NCBI GenBank assembly: GCA_041601615.1
Contig: JBFIHX010000001.1
Coordinates: 224,001 to 288,000, forward strand
Length of the DNA: 64,000 nucleotides
Origin: Thermoplasmatota archaeon
Lineage (GTDB): Archaea > Thermoplasmatota > E2 > JACPAO01 > JAHFTW01
Direction: 5' to 3'
The position numbers and the translations under genes are program-made. The notes beneath the pieces are model-generated. The model was not told the DNA's origin. It saw only the letters and a list, made by a program, of their open reading frames with translations, and did no database searches. Within the stretch, counting starts at the first letter, position 1. Every line of letters starts with the position of its first letter. Below, in pieces: positions 1 through 9,707 of this stretch.

Positions 1-1
1 C

Positions 2-367
2 AGCGTCCTCGTCATCCCCAACTGGGTCGACAACGGCCTGCCATCCACCGTCCTCGACGCCGCCGCACTCGCCCCGGCCCAAGTGATTCCGAGCGGTCAC
101 GCCGCCGAGATCGTCTCCGACGCAGGCACCGCCCACTTATTTGGCCCAAACGGCGTCGAAACAAAGCCCGACGGCACCTCGTGGCTTGCGCACTGGCAAA
201 ACGCCGAGAACACCGGCACCGTCCCGGCCGATGTGCCCTACGGCGTGTGGAAAGCGTGCCCCGAACCCTGCGATACGTCGACAAAGTTCAAAATCACGCC
301 GCCCGACGGAACAGACGCCGCCTACCCCATGTACGGAGTCCAATTGGTGGTGTGGCTTGCGGCGTAA
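2..367 (+). CDS. Partial (5'-truncated) pilin-cluster protein, probably of the haloarchaeal DUF7288-like type
   Basis: Frame is open from the window edge. Ends ...YPMYGVQLVVWLAA, resembling the V-x-L-V-V-W C-terminus of archaeal pilin-cluster proteins. Overlaps the next pilin-like gene. Confidence 0.55.
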   Translation, partial: SVLVIPNWVDNGLPSTVLDAAALAPAQVIPSGHAAEIVSDAGTAHLFGPNGVETKPDGTSWLAHWQNAENTGTVPADVPYGVWKACPEPCDTSTKFKITPPDGTDAAYPMYGVQLVVWLAA

Positions 368-854
368 TTCTGCCCGTAGCACATGGGGCCATGACAGTGG
401 CCAAATGCTCCTGTTGACCAGCGTCGTCCTCCTCATCGGCTTCATCGCCCTCGGCAGCATGGTCATCCGTGTTACCCAACTTCCCGAGGAAACCACCCAA
501 GAGAGCCGGGACCCCATCGAATTGGAGGCCGACGCCGTAGCCGCAGGTGTCAGCGACCTTTTGGTGCAAATGAACACACACGTCCCGATTGACCCGCTGC
601 TTGGCGCCGCCGACTACAGTGTCGCCGTCCAGGAAAGCCTGGATACCTTGGCCAACCTCGAAAAGGGGCGAGGATTCCGCTTCGAATGGATTCCCAACGG
701 CCTCGGCAACGCCGTTACTTGCACCAGCTCCACACCAGGAGTCGTCACGGTCGAGGTGACGGTGGCACTCCAGGACATGAACACACGCATCCAAGTCACC
801 TTGAGCGAGACGTTCGGGCATGCCATTGATAATCCGCTCGTCTGCACACCCTAG
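357..854 (+). CDS. Type IV pilin-like protein with class III signal peptide (DUF7261-like)
   Basis: In-frame TTG at 357 after GGTGGTG gives MRRNSARSTWGHDSG|QMLLLTSVVLLIGFIALGSMV: a basic leader, G|Q cleavage site and hydrophobic helix. Confidence 0.65.
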   Translation: MRRNSARSTWGHDSGQMLLLTSVVLLIGFIALGSMVIRVTQLPEETTQESRDPIELEADAVAAGVSDLLVQMNTHVPIDPLLGAADYSVAVQESLDTLANLEKGRGFRFEWIPNGLGNAVTCTSSTPGVVTVEVTVALQDMNTRIQVTLSETFGHAIDNPLVCTP

Positions 855-1029
855 AAAAAGTGCAGAAAAGCCGCAAGCAGCCCGCCAGAACCGCACCGAC
901 AGGGGCGAAAAACTGGAAGAAGGCTTGTCCGCACCATTCGTATCCACAATCACTAAGCACCCCAGGTAGTTCAGGAATCAACACAGAAGTGTTCAAGAAC
1001 TGGAGCCTGATGCTATACCGGGTGTGCCT

Positions 1030-1518
1030 ATGGTGAAAATACTACGAGTAATGATATGGTCAATGCTGCTACTGCCCCTCGGAGCCTCCGCTGGCCCTTC
1101 GGCACCAGGCATCCACATTGGCCCATCCGATGCCACGATGACCTTCGTGGAGCGCACCATGGGCGACGCCATGCAATTGATCGAAGACGCCAAGAACAAC
1201 GGAACCGACCGCGTACTCTTCGTCTACGACACAGCATGGAACAGCACCACGCAAATCTCTGATTTCTACGACGACGCCAAAGGACTGGTGTTCCACGACG
1301 AGAACAGCACCGTCACCGGCCCGCTGGACGAAATCATCGAAAAATTGCCCCGGAGGCCCAATTGTACGTCACCATTCATGACCACCATCGACCCCGGCGA
1401 CACACCCCCCATCTGGGCAGAATACAACTCCCCTTGCTACGAAGCATTCTGGGATGGAGTCGGATTTGACCCCATCATGATCGTCTGGATTGTCATCATC
1501 GACATCATCCACAGCTAA
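1030..1518 (+). CDS. Hypothetical secreted protein
   Basis: Signal peptide (MVKILRVMIWSMLLLPLGASA), two Cys and a hydrophobic C-terminal tail; coding-like codon pattern. Confidence 0.65.
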   Translation: MVKILRVMIWSMLLLPLGASAGPSAPGIHIGPSDATMTFVERTMGDAMQLIEDAKNNGTDRVLFVYDTAWNSTTQISDFYDDAKGLVFHDENSTVTGPLDEIIEKLPRRPNCTSPFMTTIDPGDTPPIWAEYNSPCYEAFWDGVGFDPIMIVWIVIIDIIHS

Positions 1519-1541
1519 GTGAAATAATTAGGACGGATTAT

Positions 1542-3044
1542 ATGAAATCGCACTGGATTCTCCTCTTACTCCTGCTCGTACCCTTGCTGGGCACCGCCAG
1601 CGCCAACACGGATGACCCCCTCATCGTCACGCACGTCATGGTCCGCAACGGCACCACCACAGGCACCCTCGGCATGGTCTCCGTCCTGCGCATCGATGGC
1701 ACATCCGTGCCCCCCGCATTCCACCTGAGCGCCGACGCCGCCAACGTCCTCGTGGATCACGCCGATTTGGCCATCCAAGCCATCGACAGCACCAACCTCC
1801 CCGACACCACCCAAACGCACTACGAGCAATACGAATTGCACGGCTTGCGCAATGGCGCCGCCGCCGCCCTCTTTGTCCACCCCACACCAGGCTCGGACGC
1901 CACCGTGCGCTTCTCCACGTCCTGCTTTGACGTGCAACCCTCCGATCTAGCATCCGAGTACCGCCCGCGCCGCGTCGACCACTCCACCCCCGGACACAAG
2001 ACCGAACTTGCCAGCGCCGCCAAAGTAACCCCTTGCGGCCAGCTCAACCTCGTCACCATCGAAGGCGACTTCTTGCTAGGCCTCTGGGACTGGGACGCAC
2101 AATGGCAAAGCACCAGCGGGCAAGGCAAGCTATCCACCGGCTACACAACCCAAGACTCCGCCATCGGAGAAGCGGACGAAGCGTTCATCCACGTCCAGGA
2201 CGGCAGACTGGTCCTGCCCATCGCCGACAACAACATCCGACTCTTCCTATCCAACGCCACCGTCACCGCCCCCGAAATCCTCCTCGGCGACATCGAAGGC
2301 CAAGTCCGACCAACCCAGGAAATGACCTTCGACGGCAACGACCTCATCCTCCGCGGCAACATCAAAATCGCCCTGGAACCCGAAGGCGTCAACCAACCCA
2401 TGCAGGCTACCGTTCTAAGAACGACCCCCCTCGCCCCTGCCGCCGCCTCTGCGACCGCCATCCCCGGCAGCCCCATGCTCTTGCTGGCCACGGGCGCCCT
2501 CCTCATCGCCACCATCGTGACCCTGCACCGCATCCACCGCCGACCCGAGCGCAGCCTCGCCATCCTCTGGAGCGAACACGAACTCGACCTCCGACTCGCG
2601 CCCCGAACCCGCCGCGAACGCCGCGCCCTCGGCATGCAACTCTTGGGCGCCCACCACGCCCTTGAAGGCCACAAGCTCCGCAGCCAACGCCTACAGGGAA
2701 AGGCCACAGAACTCTACAATGACCCCATGGAAGCACTCATGGGCCTCGGCGAAGCGCTCCTCGCCGTCGGCGCATACGACCACGCCCTCGACGCATTCTT
2801 TGTCATCCAAGAATCCAAATCCAGCGCAACACAACAGGTTCGAGCCCAAGTAGGAGCCGCTGTGGCGCACCTGCGCCGAGGAGGCGACTTGGACCAACAT
2901 GTCTGCGCCGAATACCTGCGCGACGCCCAATCACGCGACCCCGGCACCGTCCGACGCCTACTGGCACGCGCCGGCGACCTCGGCACCGAACTTGGCCGCA
3001 TCGACGCCCAAGGACCCGACGCCAGCACCGCCATGTTCGGCTGA
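1542..3044 (+). CDS. Single-pass membrane protein with extracellular beta-rich domain and cytoplasmic TPR-like helices
   Basis: Signal peptide, central TM (PMLLLATGALLIATIVTL) and C-terminal EALMGLGEALLAVGAYDHALDAF TPR-like repeat. Confidence 0.7.
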   Translation: MKSHWILLLLLLVPLLGTASANTDDPLIVTHVMVRNGTTTGTLGMVSVLRIDGTSVPPAFHLSADAANVLVDHADLAIQAIDSTNLPDTTQTHYEQYELHGLRNGAAAALFVHPTPGSDATVRFSTSCFDVQPSDLASEYRPRRVDHSTPGHKTELASAAKVTPCGQLNLVTIEGDFLLGLWDWDAQWQSTSGQGKLSTGYTTQDSAIGEADEAFIHVQDGRLVLPIADNNIRLFLSNATVTAPEILLGDIEGQVRPTQEMTFDGNDLILRGNIKIALEPEGVNQPMQATVLRTTPLAPAAASATAIPGSPMLLLATGALLIATIVTLHRIHRRPERSLAILWSEHELDLRLAPRTRRERRALGMQLLGAHHALEGHKLRSQRLQGKATELYNDPMEALMGLGEALLAVGAYDHALDAFFVIQESKSSATQQVRAQVGAAVAHLRRGGDLDQHVCAEYLRDAQSRDPGTVRRLLARAGDLGTELGRIDAQGPDASTAMFG

Positions 3045-3105
3045 TCAACCGACGCGCATTCTCTGCCACAACAAGGGTCTTTTATCACTGGGACTTAAAC
3101 GTCGC

Positions 3106-5226
3106 ATGGACCGAGAGGCTGTCACCGCCCCCATTGCAATGAGCGTGGCATTCTCCATCTTCCTCGTTGCCTTTGGCGCCGTCGCCCTCAAATCAAGCAG
3201 TGTGGGTGATGGAAGCGCCGGCAACGAAGCCGATGCTGCTTACCTCAGCGCCAAAGCCGGCAACCTGCTCGACGTCATGCTGCAAAGCCCCGGCTACAGC
3301 ACGGGAGGACTCGACTGGATCAGCCCAGAAGGACAATCCGGCCGCGAAGACACCATCACGCGACTCGGACTGCGCAACGCCGCGGGCTCCGGCCTCTCCT
3401 TCGAGAAATTCGAAAACCTACGCCTCGCACCCTACTCCGACGACGGCACCGGCGACGGCTTCGTCAACTACGAAGACGCGCGCGCGGCGCTCGGTCTCGA
3501 ATCCGAAGGACTCGGATTCCACATCCGCGCCAAACCCAGCCTCAAATCGGTCCAACAGATTCTAGAATCCGGCGAACGCGACCCGAACCTCAAAGTCACC
3601 TACTTGGGCGACTCCACCGGCGACGGCGACGACCCTTCCCTAACCCCGCCATCGGTTTCGGCACCCACCTGCACCCTCGACGGGAGCGGCAAGACCTACA
3701 CGCTCGCAGCCACGGTGGAAAACACAGGGACGCAGCCCACACAATTTAGCGCCTTCATCACCATTGATCCCCCCTCCGGCAGCAAACGCACAGAATGGGC
3801 CCATGGCCCCATCGTTGCTGCCTCCGGCACCACCGTGCTCCAAACCACCGTCCCCGTCGACAAGGACTACTGCAAGGCCAGCGCAAAAATCACCTTCGAC
3901 GTCTGGGACCCGAGCCAACGCTGGGCCACCGCCACGACCACCATCGCAATCGATGTCGGCGGCACGGAGCACACCCGCGACCTGATTATTGACGCCAGCA
4001 AGAGCCAGTACACAGAAGGAGCAACCGTTGTGCTTGCCTACGACGGAACGGGACTCGGCAACAACGACGCCCTCGCGTTCACGCTGCTCAACGAAACCCT
4101 CGCCGTCGTAACTGGACCGCACGGATTCACCGCAGGCAACAACAACCTCCGCTCCATTCAAGTGGGCGACGTGACCGCCGGTACCCGTGCATTCAACACC
4201 GGCGGCCCGCTTCCAGCAGGCTCCTACACGGCAACACTCACAGACGGCACCGTGACCGTGACCGAACAGGTGCACATCTTTGCCTCCGGCTCCGAGCCCG
4301 GCAATTTCGCAGCCAGTGGCGCATCAGGCACCTCTGGACTAACGGCGGGCGCCATCACAGAAATCACATTCCTCCACGACCTCGTCGAACGATTCTGCCC
4401 CTTCGAGTACGATGACTCCGCAACCAAACTCGTACCCGACCGCACCGGCGACCCAAGCCCCACGCACACCGAACGCTGCAGCTTCTCACCACGTTTCCAG
4501 GACGGCGACGTGATTCCAGACCAGAAAGATGTCATGAACGACGAACTTCCCCTGCGCCTGCTGGATGCCAACGGCGACCCCACCTTCACCTATGTGACCA
4601 TGCTCGTGGTGGGCAGCAACGTCGACCACCAAGTCATGACCTCCGCATCCGCCAAACACGCCGTGCGCGACTGGGTGCTCGGCGGCGGCACGCTCGTGGT
4701 GTTCGGCTCCAGCGAGCAAACCGTGCAATGGCTGCAACCCATCTTCCACGCCGGCATCCAAAGCAGCAGCGGCGGCGTCGCCACCCCCGATGCCGACCAC
4801 CCGCTCCTCGTCGTCAGTGATACGCTGGACTACGACGGCTACAGCAGCCATGGCAAAGTCTGGGACCTCAAAGAAAGCGGCGGCAGCTCAAGTGCAGACA
4901 AATTCACAGATGTTGTCGAAGACGGAGCCGGCGACGCCATCTTGACCATCAGCGACCCGGGCGCCTACGGAAAAGGCACCGTGATTCTCTCGACGTGGAT
5001 GCCCTACGACCTCTTCGGCGATGGCAGCGACCCAGGCCTGGAAGGAGCCAAGCTCACCAACAACATCTTGATGCAAGGCTACCGTGGCCTGTTTTTGGAC
5101 TACGGCCCCTCGCTTCCCTCGGGACAACTGGTGGTCCCCGCATCGGGCAAGGCACAAATCTTCCACCCGGAACTCAACCGACTCGTCAGCTTGGACATTA
5201 CCCTGTTCGTGTTCAAGCAGTCCTGA
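3106..5226 (+). CDS. Large pilin-like surface protein (class III signal peptide; C-terminal GATase-like alpha/beta domain)
   Basis: MDREA|VTAPIAMSVAFSIFLVAFG. VRDWVLGGGTLVVFGS and FLDYGP motifs are shared with two downstream paralogues. TATA-like TTTTATC about 25 bp upstream. Confidence 0.75.
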   Translation: MDREAVTAPIAMSVAFSIFLVAFGAVALKSSSVGDGSAGNEADAAYLSAKAGNLLDVMLQSPGYSTGGLDWISPEGQSGREDTITRLGLRNAAGSGLSFEKFENLRLAPYSDDGTGDGFVNYEDARAALGLESEGLGFHIRAKPSLKSVQQILESGERDPNLKVTYLGDSTGDGDDPSLTPPSVSAPTCTLDGSGKTYTLAATVENTGTQPTQFSAFITIDPPSGSKRTEWAHGPIVAASGTTVLQTTVPVDKDYCKASAKITFDVWDPSQRWATATTTIAIDVGGTEHTRDLIIDASKSQYTEGATVVLAYDGTGLGNNDALAFTLLNETLAVVTGPHGFTAGNNNLRSIQVGDVTAGTRAFNTGGPLPAGSYTATLTDGTVTVTEQVHIFASGSEPGNFAASGASGTSGLTAGAITEITFLHDLVERFCPFEYDDSATKLVPDRTGDPSPTHTERCSFSPRFQDGDVIPDQKDVMNDELPLRLLDANGDPTFTYVTMLVVGSNVDHQVMTSASAKHAVRDWVLGGGTLVVFGSSEQTVQWLQPIFHAGIQSSSGGVATPDADHPLLVVSDTLDYDGYSSHGKVWDLKESGGSSSADKFTDVVEDGAGDAILTISDPGAYGKGTVILSTWMPYDLFGDGSDPGLEGAKLTNNILMQGYRGLFLDYGPSLPSGQLVVPASGKAQIFHPELNRLVSLDITLFVFKQS

Positions 5227-5437
5227 GCCCGGCGCCATCCATTCCAACACCACGAGCCCGCCGCCAAGCTTGAGACAGCGCCCGATTGCACTCGAATCCA
5301 GAACCCCCGCAGGCGGCTCACCGACCCTTCCGGATGTTTCACAGTATCATTATATACAAGAAAATTTTTGGGAAATCCTATTTAAATTCATTGGCACGGC
5401 GGTATAAGCTCCACCGCCGCAGCACACCCCATAGACC

Positions 5438-6844
5438 ATGCAACGACGCGGCCATGAATCCGAAGCAGTGACACAAGTCGTCTCCTTCATCGTAGCCAGC
5501 GCATTCTTCCTCGCCGTCTTTGGCGCCCTCCTCATGGCCACCACCGATGCATCCAGTGCAGACGGCAACCAAATCCAAGACACCCACAACCGCCTCGAAG
5601 CCGAACGCATCGCAGACCTCCTCGCCGGCAGCCCCGGCACCGGCTGGGTCGCCGGCCCCGAAGCCGTCACCCGACTCGGACTCCAATCCGCAGACGGCAG
5701 CCAACTCGACAGCTACCGCCTCGACGCCCTGCGCGGCGCCGTGTACGACCACGACCCCACCAACAACAAAGTCGACTACCTCGACGCCCTCGCCAGCATG
5801 GGACTACCCACCGACGGCAGCGTCGGCTTCCACCTGCGCATGACCCCCGTCGGCCTGCAAAAACAACTCCAAGCCGCCGACCTCAGCAACATCCGCACCG
5901 CCTACATCGGCGACTGGCCCGGCGTCAACCTCGACCTCACCGTAGCCCTTGGCAGCGACGACGCCATGGTCGCCGACGCCCGCGCCCAAATCGACACCCA
6001 AATCGACTTCCTGACCTCCCAAGAACGCGCCGTCATCGACGCCATCGGTTTGGGATTTGACGACCTCGTGGACCTCAACAGCGCCCAACTAGACGTGGAC
6101 CTCGGCCTTGGTGTCACCGTCCCACTCGGCACCGTCCTCTCCAGCACCGGCCTCCTCGACGGCGACGTCTACGTCGACCAAAAACAATACCTCGACATCG
6201 TCCTCGGCAACGACCTACCCAACTACGACCTCCTCATCATCGGCAGCACCGTTGACCAATCCAGCCTCACCAGCGCCGCCGTCAAACAACCCATCGCCGA
6301 CTGGGTAATGAACGGAGGCACCCTGATGGTCATGGGAAGCTCCACGCAGAACTTCCAATGGCTCGAACCCCTCTTCAGCGTCGGCACCACCACCGTCAAC
6401 GCCGCCCCCGCAGCCCCCGACGTAAGCCACCCCATGCTCCACGAACCCCACGAACTCGACTGGCCCAGCTACGACAACTTCGACCTCGCCTGGGACCTCA
6501 AAGATGCAGGAGCAATAGCCAGCTTCGACAAATTCCAACACATCATCACCTCCGACGGCGAAGACATCCTCGCCGTCAGCAACGAAGGCGCCTTCGGAGA
6601 CGGCCGCATCTTCCTCACCAGCTACCGCCCCGAAGACATCGCCGGACAACTCGACGTAATCGAAGCAGGCAACTTCGTCAACAACCTCGTCCTATACAGC
6701 GACCGCGCCCACCTCTACCTCGACTACGGCCCCACGCCCCCTGACAACGCCGCCGTCAGCGCCGCCGTACGCACCAGCCAAATCCACGACGCCGACATCG
6801 GCATGGTCAACGTCCGCCTCACCATCCTCTACTGGGGCATCTAA
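5438..6844 (+). CDS. Pilin-like surface protein, paralogue 2
   Basis: ESEA|VTQVVSFIVASAFFLAVFG; IADWVMNGGTLMVMGS; YLDYGP; C-terminal VRLTILYW. Confidence 0.8.
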   Translation: MQRRGHESEAVTQVVSFIVASAFFLAVFGALLMATTDASSADGNQIQDTHNRLEAERIADLLAGSPGTGWVAGPEAVTRLGLQSADGSQLDSYRLDALRGAVYDHDPTNNKVDYLDALASMGLPTDGSVGFHLRMTPVGLQKQLQAADLSNIRTAYIGDWPGVNLDLTVALGSDDAMVADARAQIDTQIDFLTSQERAVIDAIGLGFDDLVDLNSAQLDVDLGLGVTVPLGTVLSSTGLLDGDVYVDQKQYLDIVLGNDLPNYDLLIIGSTVDQSSLTSAAVKQPIADWVMNGGTLMVMGSSTQNFQWLEPLFSVGTTTVNAAPAAPDVSHPMLHEPHELDWPSYDNFDLAWDLKDAGAIASFDKFQHIITSDGEDILAVSNEGAFGDGRIFLTSYRPEDIAGQLDVIEAGNFVNNLVLYSDRAHLYLDYGPTPPDNAAVSAAVRTSQIHDADIGMVNVRLTILYWGI

Positions 6845-6961
6845 CCCCCGGAGCCGCTCCTCCCCTCCCCCACCCAACCAAGTAGCAAAACCGGCCCCGG
6901 CTCCCCATATAGCCTCTTTGAGGGAGCACCTTAAGCCGCCGAGCCACATCAAATGGGGTCC

Positions 6962-8383
6962 ATGCGCCGCGCACGGATGGACCACGAGGCAGTCAGCCAA
7001 ACATTCGGATCATTGGTCGCCCTCACCGTCTTTCTTGGATTTTTTGGCGCCCTCATCATCGCCACCAGCGAACCAAGCACCAGCAACGTCAAAGACACCC
7101 AGAACCGCCTCGAAGCCGAACGCATCGCCGACCTGCTCGCTGGCAGCCCCGGCGTCGGCTGGGACACAGGTGCCGACAACCTAGCCCGCCTCGGCCTCGT
7201 CGACCCCGCCACCCACCAAATCAACTTAGCACACCTAGAAGCCCTCCGAGGAGCCAGCTACCAAGCCAACGCAAACAACGGAAAAGTGGACTACGAAGAA
7301 GCCCTTGCAAGCCTCGGACTGCCCACCGACGGCAGCCTCGGATTCCACCTACGCATGACACCCGTCGGCTTGCAACAACGACTCCAAACCGCCAGCCTTG
7401 CCCACATCGACACCGCCCTCATCGCCGATTGGGAAAACACACCGCGAACCTTCACCGTCACCCAATCCACGGATCAAACCATGGTCAACGACGCCCGCGC
7501 CCAAGTGGACGCTACCATCAGCTCCCTGACCCAACACGAACGCGACACCATCGCCAGCCTCGGCGTAGGCTACGACGACAATGTCAACCTATGGGGATTC
7601 ACCATCACCGCAGTCCACCCCATCACCGGCGCCAGCACGCCCCTCGCCGACGCAATGTCCGATCCAAGCCTCCTCGACGGCGACTTGTACATCGACGACA
7701 AACAATACCTTGCATTCCAACAAGCCTCCAGCAAAGGACTCCTCGAAGACCAACTGCCCGCCTACGAAGTGCTCATCATCGGCAGCACCGCCGCCCAATC
7801 CAGCCTCACCAGCAACAACGTCAAACAACCCATCGCAGACTGGGTCATCGCTGGAGGAACCCTCATGATCCTCGGAAGCAGCAGCCAAAACTACCAATGG
7901 CTCCAACCACTCTTCAGCGTCGGCACCACCACCGTCAACGCCGCCCCCGCAGCCCCCGACGTAAGCCACCCCATGCTGCACGAACCCTACGAACTTGACT
8001 GGCCCAACTACGAACACTTCGGCATTGGCTGGGATCTCAAACAAAATGGCGCCCACGCAAGCTACGAGCAATTTCAACACGTCATCACCTCCGGCAACAA
8101 AGACCTACTGGCCGTCAGCAACGAAGGCGCCTTCGGAGCCGGCCGCGTGTTCCTGACCGCCTACCGACCTGAAGACATCTTCATCGACCAAGGCGCTCCA
8201 GAAGCCCACAACTTTCTCAACAACCTCGTCATCTTCGGTGATCGATCCTACCTCTACCTCGACTACGGCCCCACCCCACCCGACAACGCCATCGTGAGCG
8301 CAGCCGTACGCACCACCCAAATCCTCGACCCCAACCTAGGCATGATCAACATCCGCCTCACCATCCTCTACTGGGGCACCTAG
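6962..8383 (+). CDS. Pilin-like surface protein, paralogue 3
   Basis: MRRARMDHEA|VSQTFGSLVALTVFLGFFG; colinear and highly similar to 5438-6844. Confidence 0.8.
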   Translation: MRRARMDHEAVSQTFGSLVALTVFLGFFGALIIATSEPSTSNVKDTQNRLEAERIADLLAGSPGVGWDTGADNLARLGLVDPATHQINLAHLEALRGASYQANANNGKVDYEEALASLGLPTDGSLGFHLRMTPVGLQQRLQTASLAHIDTALIADWENTPRTFTVTQSTDQTMVNDARAQVDATISSLTQHERDTIASLGVGYDDNVNLWGFTITAVHPITGASTPLADAMSDPSLLDGDLYIDDKQYLAFQQASSKGLLEDQLPAYEVLIIGSTAAQSSLTSNNVKQPIADWVIAGGTLMILGSSSQNYQWLQPLFSVGTTTVNAAPAAPDVSHPMLHEPYELDWPNYEHFGIGWDLKQNGAHASYEQFQHVITSGNKDLLAVSNEGAFGAGRVFLTAYRPEDIFIDQGAPEAHNFLNNLVIFGDRSYLYLDYGPTPPDNAIVSAAVRTTQILDPNLGMINIRLTILYWGT

Positions 8384-8564
8384 AGCAATCGTCACCAAAA
8401 CCGCAACACGTCACGAAACTGCAACGCCAAATACGCCGCAAACGCCGCCAAAAACAACAACAGCACAATCCGCACAAACCACACCGGCTCCTCCGGCCCC
8501 GCCGACCCCGCTGCATTCGCCGGCTCCGCTGCACGTTCGGCCACGACCCGCCCAACGAACCATT

Positions 8565-8572
8565 CCTATAAA
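8565..8572 (+). promoter_or_regulatory. Archaeal TATA-box candidate for tyrS (probably leaderless transcript)
   Basis: CCTATAAA about 25-30 bp upstream of the GTG start in a GC-rich context. Confidence 0.55.
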
Positions 8573-8595
8573 CCGCATCACCCTCCCCGTTCCTC

Positions 8596-9660
8596 GTGAC
8601 CAGCGACCGCCTCAAGGCCCTCGCGCAAGAGATCGTCAACGAGGACGAATTCGACGCCCTCCTGACCCAGGCCGCCACCGCCGAACACGACCGCGACCGC
8701 CCCCGCGCCTACATCGGCTTCGAACCCAGCGGTACTGCCCACATCGGCTGGATGGTCTGCACAGACACCATCAAAACACTCGTAGACGCCGGCTTCGACG
8801 TCACCATCCTACTTGCCGACTGGCACGCCCAAATCAACGACAAACTCGGAGGCGACCTACACGCCATTCGCCGCTGCGCCGAATACATGACCGACGCCTT
8901 CGAAGCCCTCGGCGTGGAGAAAACCAAGGTCACCTACCGCTTCGCCGCCGAATTTGCCCAAGACCCCGCCTACTGGGCAACCGTCATCCAAGTCGCCAAA
9001 CACACCACCCTCAAACGCATGCGCCGCGCCATGACCATCATGGGCCGCGCCGAAGACGAAGGCGACGGCGACATGAGCAAATTCCTCTACCCCGCCATGC
9101 AAGTCGCCGACATCTTCCACATGGACATCGACCTAGCATACGGCGGCATGGACCAACGCCACGCCCACATGCTCGCCCGCGACGTGGCCAAGAAACTCGG
9201 CACCAAAGCCCCCGTAGCATTCCACACCCCGCTTGTGCCCAACCTCAAGGGAGGTGCTGGGCGCATGGACCCCGCCGAAGCCAAAATGAGCAAAAGCGAC
9301 CCCACAAGCGGCATCTTCCTGCACGACGAAGCAGCACTCGTAACCAAGAAAATCCAGAAAGCCCACTGCCCCGCCAGCGAAAAAGAGGACAATCCCATCT
9401 TGGACCTCCTACGCCTCGTCATCTTCCCCCGCCTCCCCGACGGACTGCACATCGACCGCCCCGAGAAATTCGGCGGCCCCCTGCACTACCCCACCTTTGA
9501 TGCGGTCGAAACAGCGTTCGTTGGAGGCGAATTGCACCCCATGGACCTCAAGAACGGCGTCGGTGCTTCGCTGAATGCTATCTTGGAACCCGTGCGGGCC
9601 TACTTCGAGCACCACCCCGACAACTTGGCGTTCGTGGAGAGTTTGAAGAGGACCCGGTAG
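8596..9660 (+). CDS. tyrS: Tyrosine--tRNA ligase, archaeal type
   Basis: AYIGFEPSGTAHIGW (HIGH), YPAMQVADI, GGMDQR and KMSKS; short archaeal length with no S4 domain. Confidence 0.95.
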   Translation: MTSDRLKALAQEIVNEDEFDALLTQAATAEHDRDRPRAYIGFEPSGTAHIGWMVCTDTIKTLVDAGFDVTILLADWHAQINDKLGGDLHAIRRCAEYMTDAFEALGVEKTKVTYRFAAEFAQDPAYWATVIQVAKHTTLKRMRRAMTIMGRAEDEGDGDMSKFLYPAMQVADIFHMDIDLAYGGMDQRHAHMLARDVAKKLGTKAPVAFHTPLVPNLKGGAGRMDPAEAKMSKSDPTSGIFLHDEAALVTKKIQKAHCPASEKEDNPILDLLRLVIFPRLPDGLHIDRPEKFGGPLHYPTFDAVETAFVGGELHPMDLKNGVGASLNAILEPVRAYFEHHPDNLAFVESLKRTR

Positions 9661-9664
9661 GCAA

Positions 9665-9707
9665 GATTTCGTAATTTCGAAATCATGAAATTTCGCAATT
9701 GGTAATT
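9665..9707. repeat. AT-rich 8-bp-period degenerate repeat between convergent tyrS and truA
   Basis: gatttcgt-aatttcga-aatcatga-aatttcgc-aattggta; contains the palindrome atttcgaaat. Confidence 0.6.
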
